Shown here in pieces: positions 19,877 through 29,900 of a DNA stretch of 64,000 nt. The translations under genes were made by a program, and so were the position numbers. Positions within the stretch are counted from its first letter, which is position 1; each line of letters begins with the position of its first letter. The stretch comes from Spirochaetota bacterium (GTDB lineage Bacteria > Spirochaetota > UBA4802 > JAFGDQ01). The notes beneath the pieces were generated by a model that had not been told where the DNA came from, did not search any database, and worked only from the letters and a program-made list of their open reading frames with translations. The stretch lies in contig JAFGSG010000025.1 in assembly GCA_016934735.1 (NCBI GenBank), forward strand, positions 16,371-80,370, in the 5' to 3' direction.

Positions 19877-22588
19877 TTACTGATTTATATACTCCATACA
19901 TCTCGCTGCAGCTTCTCCTCCGGATGCAACTGTATCCGGAACATCCTTGGGCCCGGTGCCCATTCCGCATGCGAAGATGCCTTCAACGCTGGTCTTCGAC
20001 GGTTCAATAGAGTCTGTCCTGATAAAACCATATTCGTCTTTATCGATCGACATTATACCGCACAGTTCTTCAATTTCTTTGCGCGGCCTTATGCCTGTGG
20101 CGAGTATGACCATGTCCGCTTCTATTTCAAGAAGTTGACCACCAAGCATATCCTCGACTCTTACAAGCAGCCCGTTCTCTGTCTTTGTTACTTCACCGGG
20201 TATGCCCTTAATGTAGAAAATGCCGTTTTCCTGAGCGCTCTTGTAAAATTCATCGTAGTTCTTACCGTATGCCCTGACATCAATATATGAAACATATATT
20301 TCCGCATCTTTGATCCTGTCTCTTATAATGCTTGCATGTTTTGCGGTATACATACAGCATACCCTTGAGCAGTATCTTGCCCCGCTTTGCCTTTCCCTTG
20401 ACCCTACGCATTGTATAAAAAAAAATCGTTTGGGTATTTTACCGTTCAGCAGGATGTCTCCGCCTGTTGGACCTGTCACAGAAGACAGCCTTTCAAATTC
20501 CATGCCAGTCATAACACCGTTGTAAACGCCGTATCCGTATTCCTTTTTCTCCGAAGGGTCATAGAGATCAAAACCCGGGGCGAGCACAATTCCATCAAAA
20601 TCCAAATCCACAATCTCATCTTTTATGCTATAATCGATTGCTTTTACTTCACAGCGTCTCTCGCACTCTCCGCACTCTATGCAACCTTCTACTTTACCGG
20701 CAATACAGCGTGAAGCCTCAGCCTCTGCTTCTTCTGCTTTATAACCGGACGAGACTTCCCTGAAATCGAAAATTCTTTCTCCCGAAGGCTCTTCTGTCAT
20801 AGCAATGCGTTCTTCCCTGCCATAGCGTTCAGCAGCAAATCTGATCTCCTCGTTATTTAAACGACCGGGCTGTGCGTTTTTTATTTGCGGGATCACAGAT
20901 TCTTTTCTAAGATATTTGCCTATCGATAAAGCAGCTCTTTTGCCTGCTGCAATTGCCTCAATAACATACGCAGGTCCGGTAACGGAATCGCCTCCTGCGA
21001 ATATTCCTTCAATTTCCGTAGTACATGCGGCAGAATCCGCTTTTATATAATTATTATTGATTAACGAAGAAGCTGTTCCGTTTAAAAAAGATAAGTCCAT
21101 AGCCTGTCCAAGCGCCGTTATTACAGTATCTACCGGCATAACGAATTCCGAACTGTTTATCTTCACTGGTTTGCGTCTGCCGTCAGCATCCGGATCACCA
21201 GGCTCCATGCGAGCGCATTCCATTGCTGAGAGCTTTCCGTTCTCAGCTAGAAAACGCACAGGCACGGCAAGAAATTCGATCTCTATGCCCTCGTTCTCTA
21301 GCGCTTCGATCTCTTCCCGCGCCGCAGGCATCTCATCGCGTGTTCTTCGGTAGACCAGTTTTACGCTCCCGGCACCGAGTCTCTTCGCTGTGCGCGCGCA
21401 GTCAACGGCAGTATTGCCTCCGCCTATAACAGCGCAAGCGCCCCCGACAGTCGGAGCTGCTCCGCTGTTGAAATCTCTAAGAAATTTAATGCCCTCCATC
21501 ACCCCCCGGGAATCTTCACCCGGAACGCCAAGAGGCACTCCCTTCTGTGCACCCACAGCAATGAATACGGCATTGTAATCTTCTTTAAGCTCGTCGAAAG
21601 CAATATCTTTTCCTGCTGCAGTGCTGCATCTTATATCCACACCAAGCTTTTTTATGTAATCTATCTCTTTTTTCAGTTCCACTTTAGGGAGCCTGTACTC
21701 CGGTATTCCGTATCTAAGCATTCCGCCCGCTTCAGGGAGATCTTCAAAAACAGTGACGTCATAACCCTGCAAAGCACAATCGTGCGCGCACGATAATCCG
21801 GCAGGCCCTGCGCCGATCACGGCGACCTTTTCGCCTGTCTTTTGTATCTGCGGAGGCACAAGCGAATCTGTATCAAACGAATCTGCCGCGAAACGTTTGA
21901 TATCACGGATCGCAAGCGGCGAGTCGATCTGTCCCCTGCAGCACACTTCCTCGCATGGTGCATAGCACACTCTGCCGCAGACCGATGGAAATGGATTTGT
22001 CTCTCTTATGAGCATATAAGCATCTTTATGCCTTCCTTCGCTTATATGTTTTAAATATCCGGGTACATTTGTTCCTACAGGACATACATGTTTGCAAGGC
22101 ATAGGGCATAGCTGCGATTCACGTTTATCTATCACAGCTTTATTCGGGATCGCCTGAGGGAACGGTATATAGATTGCTTTTCTTGTTCCTGTTTCCATAT
22201 TGAATTCACTTTTCATGACAACAGGGCATCCGGCAAAGCAAGTACCGCATGCAGTGCATTTTTCAATATTTACATAGCGCGATCTTTTAACAATTGACGC
22301 TGTGAAACCTGCGCCGTTTTTCTTTACAGCAAGCAGCTTTGCCCATGACAAAAGATCAATCTTTTGATTGAGTGCAACCTCTACCATCTTGGGAGAAAGC
22401 GTGCATGTAGAGCAGTCGAGAGTGGGAAAAGTCTTATCCAGCTGTATCATCCTTCCGCCTATTGTCGCGGTTTGTTCAAGCATGGTCACGTGAATGCCGC
22501 AGCCCGCAAGCTCAAGAGCAGCAGTTATGCCGCCTATCCCTCCGCCCACAACAAGCACTTCTTTTTCTTTTGCAGTAACTTCATTCAT
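19877..22588 (-). CDS. Large HdrA paralog with inserted GltD-like NAD(P)H-binding module (HdrL-type)
   Basis: N-terminal VVGGGIGGITAA FAD fold; ferredoxin insert CTACGTCFAGCP...CPMPCKHVCP; second Rossmann VAVIGAGPAGLSCAHD...GIPEYRLPK as in glutamate synthase small subunit; HdrA signature FIQCVGSRERQSGARYCSRVCC; 903 aa. Confidence 0.75.
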   Translation of the reverse strand: MNEVTAKEKEVLVVGGGIGGITAALELAGCGIHVTMLEQTATIGGRMIQLDKTFPTLDCSTCTLSPKMVEVALNQKIDLLSWAKLLAVKKNGAGFTASIVKRSRYVNIEKCTACGTCFAGCPVVMKSEFNMETGTRKAIYIPFPQAIPNKAVIDKRESQLCPMPCKHVCPVGTNVPGYLKHISEGRHKDAYMLIRETNPFPSVCGRVCYAPCEEVCCRGQIDSPLAIRDIKRFAADSFDTDSLVPPQIQKTGEKVAVIGAGPAGLSCAHDCALQGYDVTVFEDLPEAGGMLRYGIPEYRLPKVELKKEIDYIKKLGVDIRCSTAAGKDIAFDELKEDYNAVFIAVGAQKGVPLGVPGEDSRGVMEGIKFLRDFNSGAAPTVGGACAVIGGGNTAVDCARTAKRLGAGSVKLVYRRTRDEMPAAREEIEALENEGIEIEFLAVPVRFLAENGKLSAMECARMEPGDPDADGRRKPVKINSSEFVMPVDTVITALGQAMDLSFLNGTASSLINNNYIKADSAACTTEIEGIFAGGDSVTGPAYVIEAIAAGKRAALSIGKYLRKESVIPQIKNAQPGRLNNEEIRFAAERYGREERIAMTEEPSGERIFDFREVSSGYKAEEAEAEASRCIAGKVEGCIECGECERRCEVKAIDYSIKDEIVDLDFDGIVLAPGFDLYDPSEKKEYGYGVYNGVMTGMEFERLSSVTGPTGGDILLNGKIPKRFFFIQCVGSRERQSGARYCSRVCCMYTAKHASIIRDRIKDAEIYVSYIDVRAYGKNYDEFYKSAQENGIFYIKGIPGEVTKTENGLLVRVEDMLGGQLLEIEADMVILATGIRPRKEIEELCGIMSIDKDEYGFIRTDSIEPSKTSVEGIFACGMGTGPKDVPDTVASGGEAAARCMEYINQ

Positions 22589-22600
22589 TTTTATTCGCGA

Positions 22601-23545
22601 TCAGCCTTTCATGATTACCTTTAAATTGTCCCTTAACTTATTTGCGTCAGCAACAATACCATAGTGGGCATATTGAAAAATAGGTGCCTGTGGGTCCTTG
22701 TTAACTGCTATTATACAATCCGAATCCTTCATTCCGGCAATATGCTGGAATGCTCCGCTTATACCCATCGCGAAATATACTTTCGGCTTAACCGTCTTAC
22801 CGGATGTCCCCACCTGTCTTGGCTTCGGAAGCCACATTTTATCAATAACAGGTCTTGATCCAGAAATAACCGCTTTCAATAAGGCGGCCAGTTCTTCATA
22901 GCCGGCAATCTCATCTTGATTTCCGATACCTCTTCCGACTGAGAGCAGAAATTCTGCTTTAGTAATGTCTATCTCTGTTGAATCTTCTTCTATGTATTCT
23001 ATGAAAGTTCTATTCTTACTTATCTGTATTTCTTCCAGTGTTTCAGAAGCAGGTAATGATGCTTTTTCAACCGCATTATCCTTAAAACTGCCGCTTCTTA
23101 CTGTAATAATAAAAGGCCCTGTATCTGTCAGCTTGAACTGGCCGAATATCTTATCTGAATAATAGCTCTTAAGAAAAATCCCTTTTTCTTTATCATAACC
23201 ACTTACATCTGTAATAAGCGGAAGTTTAAAATGTCCCGATGCATAAGAAGCAAGCTCAGTACCAGAAGAAGAAAGCGTAAAGATGATTACATCCGGATTT
23301 CCCTTTAGATTTATGACTTTTTCAAGAGCTGTGATCATATTTAAAGGATTAAGAAATGAAGATTCTTCTATTCTTACTTTTATAATATTATTAACAAACT
23401 TTTCATTTATTTTATAATCACCTTCAGGTATTAGAAGAGTAATATTTCTCTGTAATAGATTAGAAAAACCGATAGAATCAAGATTCCTGTCCTCAAATAA
23501 GCCGCGTCTGATTTCACTGACAACTAAAGCATAGCTCATTGGCAC
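22601..23545 (-). CDS. etfA: Electron transfer flavoprotein alpha subunit
   Basis: C-terminal FAD-binding signature YFAMGISGAFQHIAGMKDSDCIIAVNKDPQAPIF. Confidence 0.85.
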   Translation of the reverse strand: MPMSYALVVSEIRRGLFEDRNLDSIGFSNLLQRNITLLIPEGDYKINEKFVNNIIKVRIEESSFLNPLNMITALEKVINLKGNPDVIIFTLSSSGTELASYASGHFKLPLITDVSGYDKEKGIFLKSYYSDKIFGQFKLTDTGPFIITVRSGSFKDNAVEKASLPASETLEEIQISKNRTFIEYIEEDSTEIDITKAEFLLSVGRGIGNQDEIAGYEELAALLKAVISGSRPVIDKMWLPKPRQVGTSGKTVKPKVYFAMGISGAFQHIAGMKDSDCIIAVNKDPQAPIFQYAHYGIVADANKLRDNLKVIMKG

Positions 23546-24315
23546 ACCCCATTTTCTTTTAAAATTCCCAGAACATCCTTACAGATATTAGAAAGCTCGC
23601 CGGTTAGCATGGTTGCACCGGCTTTTTTCTCAGGATAGACCCATTTAATGATTTCTATCATATTTGAAAAATTCTCCTGATAATTGTTCATCGGAAAGAT
23701 TTTACGGTCAACCTTAGAGGCCTTTCGCACACCCATTATAGAAACATATCGCGGCTCATTTATGCCGCTTTGGATAGAGAGAACGCAGGGAAGTGTCAGC
23801 TTTATGCGCTCCCTGAGACCTCCTTCCAGTTCCCTGCGCGCAGTTACCTGCCCGTTTTCGAATGAGTCAATTCCGATTATCATCGAAGCGTATGGAAGAC
23901 CCAGCCTTGCAGCGAGTATCCCTCCTACAGAAGCAAACTGATCATCTTCAGACTGCACACCTGTAAAAATAGCATCAAATGGAGTGCTTTCCTTCTTTAA
24001 AAAATCAGATATTACCGATGCGCGCTCATTAGGGTCATGAATTGTTTCACTGGTTTCTATCAGAAATCCGTCTTTTGCGCCCATTGCGATAGCGCGCCTT
24101 AAAACATCATCTGATTCAGCATCTCCGATTGAGACTGCAGTCACTGCCCCTCCGGTCTTCTCAACAATCCTGACCGCTTCTTCGATTGCATAATTATCCC
24201 AGTCATTCATCTTGAACGGCACCTTAGCCAAATCTACCCCCTGTCCATCATTTACGATTCGCAGCTCTTCTTCCTGGGCTGCCGCTACTCTTTTTGCAAA
24301 AACTAATATATTCAT
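23536..24315 (-). CDS. etfB: Electron transfer flavoprotein beta subunit
   Basis: EtfB fold starting MNILVFAKRV, NDWDNYAIEEAVR and the DLAVLSIGMS-like region; overlaps the etfA start. Confidence 0.85.
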   Translation of the reverse strand: MNILVFAKRVAAAQEEELRIVNDGQGVDLAKVPFKMNDWDNYAIEEAVRIVEKTGGAVTAVSIGDAESDDVLRRAIAMGAKDGFLIETSETIHDPNERASVISDFLKKESTPFDAIFTGVQSEDDQFASVGGILAARLGLPYASMIIGIDSFENGQVTARRELEGGLRERIKLTLPCVLSIQSGINEPRYVSIMGVRKASKVDRKIFPMNNYQENFSNMIEIIKWVYPEKKAGATMLTGELSNICKDVLGILKENGVCQ

Positions 24316-24316
24316 T

Positions 24317-25408
24317 TCAAATAACCTCCATTAATATCTCAGAAATATCTTTTACCGGCAGTTCTTTTTCTTTTGCCGGATCTTCGAGCGTCATTAAACA
24401 AAAAGGACAACTAGTGGCTATCAGGTCAGCCCCATTTGCAATTGCTTCCTGTACGCGTATATCGCTGTTCCTTTGACCTGAATTTTCTACTTCATAAAAC
24501 ATCCTCCCTCCGCCACTCTCGCAGCAAAGAGAATTTTCTCTTGTTCTTGAGAACTCGAGAAGCTTAAGATTATTTATAAAATTAAGGATAATCCTTGGAG
24601 CATCAAAAATACCATTTTGTTTTCCAAGAAAACATGGGTCATGATATATAACATTTTTGTCATATACTCCTTCTAATTTTAGTCTGCCGCCTTTAATCAA
24701 ATCTGAAACAACTTCAGTATAATGAAATATTTTGATACCATGATAGCCATATTCTTTTTTAAGCGCATTCATGCAATGCGGAGAGAGTGCGATAATTTCC
24801 TTGACTCCGTATTCTTTAAAAGCCGCGATATTCTCTTCCTGTAGTTCCTCAAAAAGACCAGTCTCTCCAATTCTTCTTATCTCATTACCGCAGCATGCTT
24901 CCTCTTCACCCAGGATGCCAAACTCAAGCCCGCTTTTTTGTAATATTTTTGCGATGTTCGCTGAGATAACCATACATCTTGGATCATATGCCTGAATACA
25001 ACAAACAAAAAGAAGTCTTTTATCTTTTGTTTCGGAAATATGTGGAATCCTGAAATCAACTGATTCTGTCCATGAAGCTCTTTTATTTCGTGAACGGCCC
25101 CATGGATTTCTCTGAACAAAAGTATTTTCAAGTGCTTTTTGAATTGTTAAAGGTATTTTACCGTTTTCAACAAGTAACGAACGCATTTGAATAATAACTT
25201 CAGACGGTTTTACATCTCTCGGACATCGAATAGTGCATGCACCGCACGATGTGCAGAACCATGGAATTCCCTCTGCAATTACGCTTTGGAATTGTTTTTT
25301 TCGTATCAGCACCCTTATGTTAAAAGGAGTTTTACCTGACTCAGGACAGCTTCCTGTGCATTTCCCGCACTGTATGCAGGTTAATACTCCGGCAAGATTA
25401 TCCCCCAT
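24317..25408 (-). CDS. Soluble Fe-S oxidoreductase, 2x[4Fe-4S] plus two CCG domains (HdrD/GlcF/GlpC-like)
   Basis: CIQCGKCTGSCP and CTSCGACTIRCP, then CCG motifs CCGNEIRR and CPFC. No hydrophobic membrane segment is visible; RBS GAGGA before the ATG. Confidence 0.75.
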   Translation of the reverse strand: MGDNLAGVLTCIQCGKCTGSCPESGKTPFNIRVLIRKKQFQSVIAEGIPWFCTSCGACTIRCPRDVKPSEVIIQMRSLLVENGKIPLTIQKALENTFVQRNPWGRSRNKRASWTESVDFRIPHISETKDKRLLFVCCIQAYDPRCMVISANIAKILQKSGLEFGILGEEEACCGNEIRRIGETGLFEELQEENIAAFKEYGVKEIIALSPHCMNALKKEYGYHGIKIFHYTEVVSDLIKGGRLKLEGVYDKNVIYHDPCFLGKQNGIFDAPRIILNFINNLKLLEFSRTRENSLCCESGGGRMFYEVENSGQRNSDIRVQEAIANGADLIATSCPFCLMTLEDPAKEKELPVKDISEILMEVI

Positions 25409-25453
25409 TAAATCCTCACTTAGAATTTTAGTTCTTTTATGAAACTTATTAAA

Positions 25454-25690
25454 TTATTTTTTCTTAAGGTCGTATAGATCGCTGGAATCCAGATACGAGT
25501 GCAGCATTTTAGTATTACAGAAATCGCCGAACATTTCGCTACCGAAAGTCATATCAAGATCATCTACTATACGCTGCTTCCAGTTCCTTCTGCAAACCTG
25601 GGTAGTAAGACGCCTGATCGTACGATGCTGAGCCATAATGACATCTGCAATCTCATATGCCCTGCTGACCATTTTATCACGGGGTACCAT
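25454..25690 (-). CDS. Small hypothetical protein (78 aa), possible first gene of the hdr/etf operon
   Basis: Open frame only; no recognizable motif. Same strand as its neighbours, 45 bp upstream of the Fe-S oxidoreductase gene. Confidence 0.25.
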   Translation of the reverse strand: MVPRDKMVSRAYEIADVIMAQHRTIRRLTTQVCRRNWKQRIVDDLDMTFGSEMFGDFCNTKMLHSYLDSSDLYDLKKK

Positions 25691-25756
25691 AAAATAAATA
25701 ATCCCTCTGATAAAAAGTAAAAATATTAACGGTTTGTTGTCACCGGCATCGATCCG

Positions 25757-26611
25757 TTATTCGCCTTTTCTGAATTCTTCAATAGTCTTGCCCCTGAGAA
25801 TTTCAGCCAATTCCCATACGTAATTGTACAGGTGAAGGCCTTTGGAGGCTGCAATGATCGAACCGTCCTCAACACCGATTTCGGAAGCGATATATTCTTT
25901 CATTAACTGCATTCCTGCAAGATTTGCCGGGAAACCGCTCCACAAGTCCCACGAACGGAAATAAACGATAAAATTCAGCTTATTGTCCTGAATCCTTGTG
26001 TCGATTGATCTGAGACATGGCGGATCGGCCAAAAGCATATCAGAGGGACTTGCAATCTGCATTACCATCTGATTATTTCTGAATCCCTTATTTTTATAAG
26101 TCCAGATTAAAAGCTCCATCTGATTAAGGAAAACTTTACCATTTTCTTCAATAATTAATTTCGGTTCATTCCATATGGATTCATCCTGAATGAGAATATC
26201 ATTATATGCACAATCTTTGCGTATAAACTTTATATTACCTGGAAGCTCAAATTTGCATATCCTCTGACCGTAAGTATAAGATTCACCGGGCTGTAGCTCG
26301 CCTGACATTAGATAAGGCAGATAATCGTTCAAATAATTTTCATCAACAGGATTTGGAAGATTATATTGACTGGGTATTTGCGGGAGCAGAGGCTTTTCAC
26401 CTGGCCTTTTTATGTTTATTGTAATATAATCAAATTCAAGTCTTTTTTCGCCTGCAAACGAGCCGCGGTCGATGATAAAATCCCTGCCTGACTCAATACA
26501 TTTATAAACCACCTGAAACCATGCGTCCGGGAGTGTTGTAGCTTCAATATGGATAGATGCAAAATTTTTTTCTTGAGTATTTTTATTCATTAGAATCTCC
26601 TGATTTATCAT
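25757..26611 (-). CDS. Thymidylate synthase (ThyA) family protein, highly divergent
   Basis: By-eye alignment to E. coli ThyA: SYTYGQRI ~ PVYGKQWR; PPC (catalytic Cys) ~ APCH; [21 protein letters not shown] ~ [30 protein letters not shown] ~ GDTHLYSNH. Confidence 0.65.
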   Translation of the reverse strand: [284 protein letters not shown]

Positions 26612-26703
26612 AAACGCAAACCTTAAACTTATTTTATTACAATGTACGGTTTTTTACAGAAAAGAACGGTTTATGTTAAAGAATGTTTTACTTCATACTG
26701 ATG

Positions 26704-26731
26704 AAAATAAAAACAATAAATAAATAGTCAA
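26704..26731 (-). promoter_or_regulatory. Putative promoter TTGACT-N16-TATTTT for the thyA-like gene, containing the recurring AAATATTTGACT motif
   Basis: Minus-strand TTGACT at 26726-26731 and TATTTT at 26704-26709; a 19-mer identical to 10088-10106. Confidence 0.35.
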
Positions 26732-26991
26732 ATATTTAATTCCTGAAATTAAAGTAAAAAAAAAGCGTTGAATTCTGCAAGGATTGTATTTATAGAACTA
26801 TTGTATTTGATATGCCAAACAATTGCTGTATGCATAATTTACAATAATTATTTTATTATTATTTTTATAAGATAAAAAATGAATTTGAAGTCACTGCAGA
26901 GAAGCATATTACTTATTATGGCAATAACATTGCATAATCACAGGAAGGTCTATAAGTATTTTTCGGAGATATTCTGAATAATAAATTTAAT

Positions 26992-29900
26992 TCACTTTTC
27001 AATTTTCATTTGATGGTTCAGCATTATTTCATATATTTTCAACGAGATTCCCTTAAACTCTTCATCAAACGGAGAAATGTTTTTAAAGCAGAGATTGTAA
27101 TATTCGTCTTCTCCCTCCCCTTTTCTGTAGTCACTGCCTGTCCATTTTTCTTCCGCAAGAGATAATGCTTTTTCAGATAAACCATCTTTAATTATTGAAG
27201 CGGCATATGCATATGACGATTCAGGGAAAAACCGGATAAGCTCATTCTGTCCTTTAATATAAAGCGATATAATATTATTCAGAATATTTTTACAGTCGCT
27301 TAACGGTTCCATCTTCCATGAAAAATCTTTGCAGATCAGCAGACTATTCATTGGATATGCTTTATTTTCCGATGCATTAAGCACGAGATGGGCTATCCAT
27401 GCTTTTATTCTGTCCTTTGGTTTTGTATCGGCATATCTGTATTGAACCATTCCATTTTTACATATATTACTCAATCTGCCTGATAATTTATAACCGGATA
27501 CATCAATATTTATTTCTAAAGGATCAAGATTGCGGCAGTTAAGTATTTCTTCAATTCTTCGTTTGAAATTTTTTATATCAGGTATTAAATTATCGAACAA
27601 TACCCTTCCGGTTACGCCGTGAGGAAGCATTCCACCCGCCCGCACCGTATTATAGATTTTATCTATTTCATTACCCGCAATATAATAACCGCTGATTATT
27701 TCATCAAGATTGTATTTTTCGAGACCTTCAATATTAAACGGCTCCTTATCGTCCAGATTATCCTCCCTGGTAGTCAGATAAATTCCGAGCTTTGTTGTAA
27801 TAATATGTTTAGCCGGATTAGTAAAAAATGCAGTTAAATCGTCTAATGAAATTTTGTCCTGCGGAACTTTATCTTCATTTGATAATTTTCCGTTTATAAA
27901 CAAATCAGTTTCTTTCCGGCCGGAAACAGCTGTTATACAGGCCCTGAAGTTTACATCCGAATAACTAAAAAGATTATCAGAATTCATGAAATATCTGGTA
28001 CTGAATGGTTGGAGAGGATGTTTAACAAAGATATAATCTTTAATAACAAAATCTTTCAGGCTATAGTATTCAAGATAGTCCAGCAATTCACTTACAACGA
28101 CAGAAGGCTGTATTTCGCTGTTATCCTTTATGTTTTGCCCAACATAACTTATATATAATTTCTGTCTTGCAGACACGATCGATTCAAGAAATAAATATCT
28201 GTCATCATCGCGCCTTGACCTATCTCCCCGCTTTGGATTCCGGGCTATTAAGTCAAAACTGACTGTATTATCGGCAGCAGGGAACGCGTTATTATTCATG
28301 CCGATAAGGCAGACCACTTTAAACGGAATACTCCTCATCGGAAGCATGGCGCAGAATGTAATTCCACCTGTCAGGAATCCGCTTGCTATTCGTTTTCCGC
28401 TGAAATAATTTTTCAGCCATGCCACGATCACTTCAAATTCAATTTTGTCATGAAAGCCGGATTTTTGTTCAATCGTATTAAATGTGCCGATAGCATCTCT
28501 TATTGCCTGGATTGTTTCATCTTCTTCCCTTGAGTCAAAAATAATTCCGATAATTTCATTAAGGACGCTATACCAGCCCGACAACGTATATTTATCAGAC
28601 AAAGATTTTACTATACCGGTTAAGGAATTAAAATATTCAATAAATTTCCCAAGTACAATAGATTCACTGCCTTCAATATCATACGGGAGTATATCTTTAT
28701 ACATTGTTTCAATATTTCCCGGCATTGCATAACCGAGCATCATACGGTTTAGCCCTGCTCTCCATGTATTTTCCTCAAACCCAGGCAGGTCCAGGTTCCC
28801 GCGAAATACAGAGTCAATTCCCCAGTTGATATTTGTATCTTTTATCCACCTGCGTATAAGATTCAAATCGCTTAAAGTAAGGCTGAATTTATTCATAATA
28901 TTACTGTTTTCAAGGATATCCAGAACCCTTATCGATTCAAATCTGCTGTCTTTAAAATCCAATATAGAAAAAAATGTTTTCACTATGCTACTGTCTTTCT
29001 GAATGCTTTTATCAGCTATTGAAAAAGGTATTCTGTATTTTCCATCAGGAGCATCTCTGAATATGGCATCAATGTACGGGGAATATATTTCAATATCCGG
29101 AGTCATCACTATAATATCGCGCGGTTCGAGTTCAGAATCTGAATTGAACATATCAAGCAGATTATCGTAAAGGACTTCAAGCTCCCGCAATGGACTGTGG
29201 CATGAATGTATTCTGACAGAAGAATCGGATTTTATTTCATCCCGGGAAAACCGTATTCGCGGACTTTCCTCCATTGCGTTTATGTCAGTCAGGTTGAGTA
29301 TATCGCATTGAATTGAATGAAGCAGGGAATCACGCTCAAATTCTGTAAATGCCGGATTCTCCTGTGTGTTGTCATATCCTGACAGCATTGAAAGGAAATC
29401 ACCTCCAAGCCTGCCCATGGATGCCAAAAGGCTGTTGCCTTTTTCCAGATGCAGCTCATCAGAAGTAACATCATTTTTGTATTTTTTCATTGTTTTGGCT
29501 ATATTTTTTTCTGGATAAATATCTGCCCAGTATTCTCTGCATGGATTCATAAAAAAAATGTTTATAGTAATAAAATCTGATATTGCGCTCAATATATCCA
29601 TATGATATTTCGGCATAGTGGATATACCGAATATTGAGATCCTTTCCGGCAGTGAATCGGCTTTAATATCAAATGGATTTTTAATTTTATCTAAAAATTT
29701 TTTTCTAAGCAGCGGAGGAAGCAGTAAATCATTGCCGTCCATCAACATTCGCCATAATTCCGCCTGCCAGCTGCTGTCATTCCCATTATCCCAGTCAAGT
29801 ATCATGTCAGGCCTATAAGTCAAATACTGGTCAAATACATCTGCTATACGCGATGCGAGCTGATAAGTCTTAAAATATCCTTCGCTACCAGCAAGATAAT

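Noticed and set aside
26880-26984. 34-aa plus-strand mini-ORF (MNLKSLQRSILLIMAITLHNHRKVYKYFSEIF) in the recC/thyA-like intergenic region
   Set aside because: It has no Shine-Dalgarno sequence and sits on the opposite strand to both neighbours, inside a probable promoter/UTR region. It cannot be supported from sequence alone.
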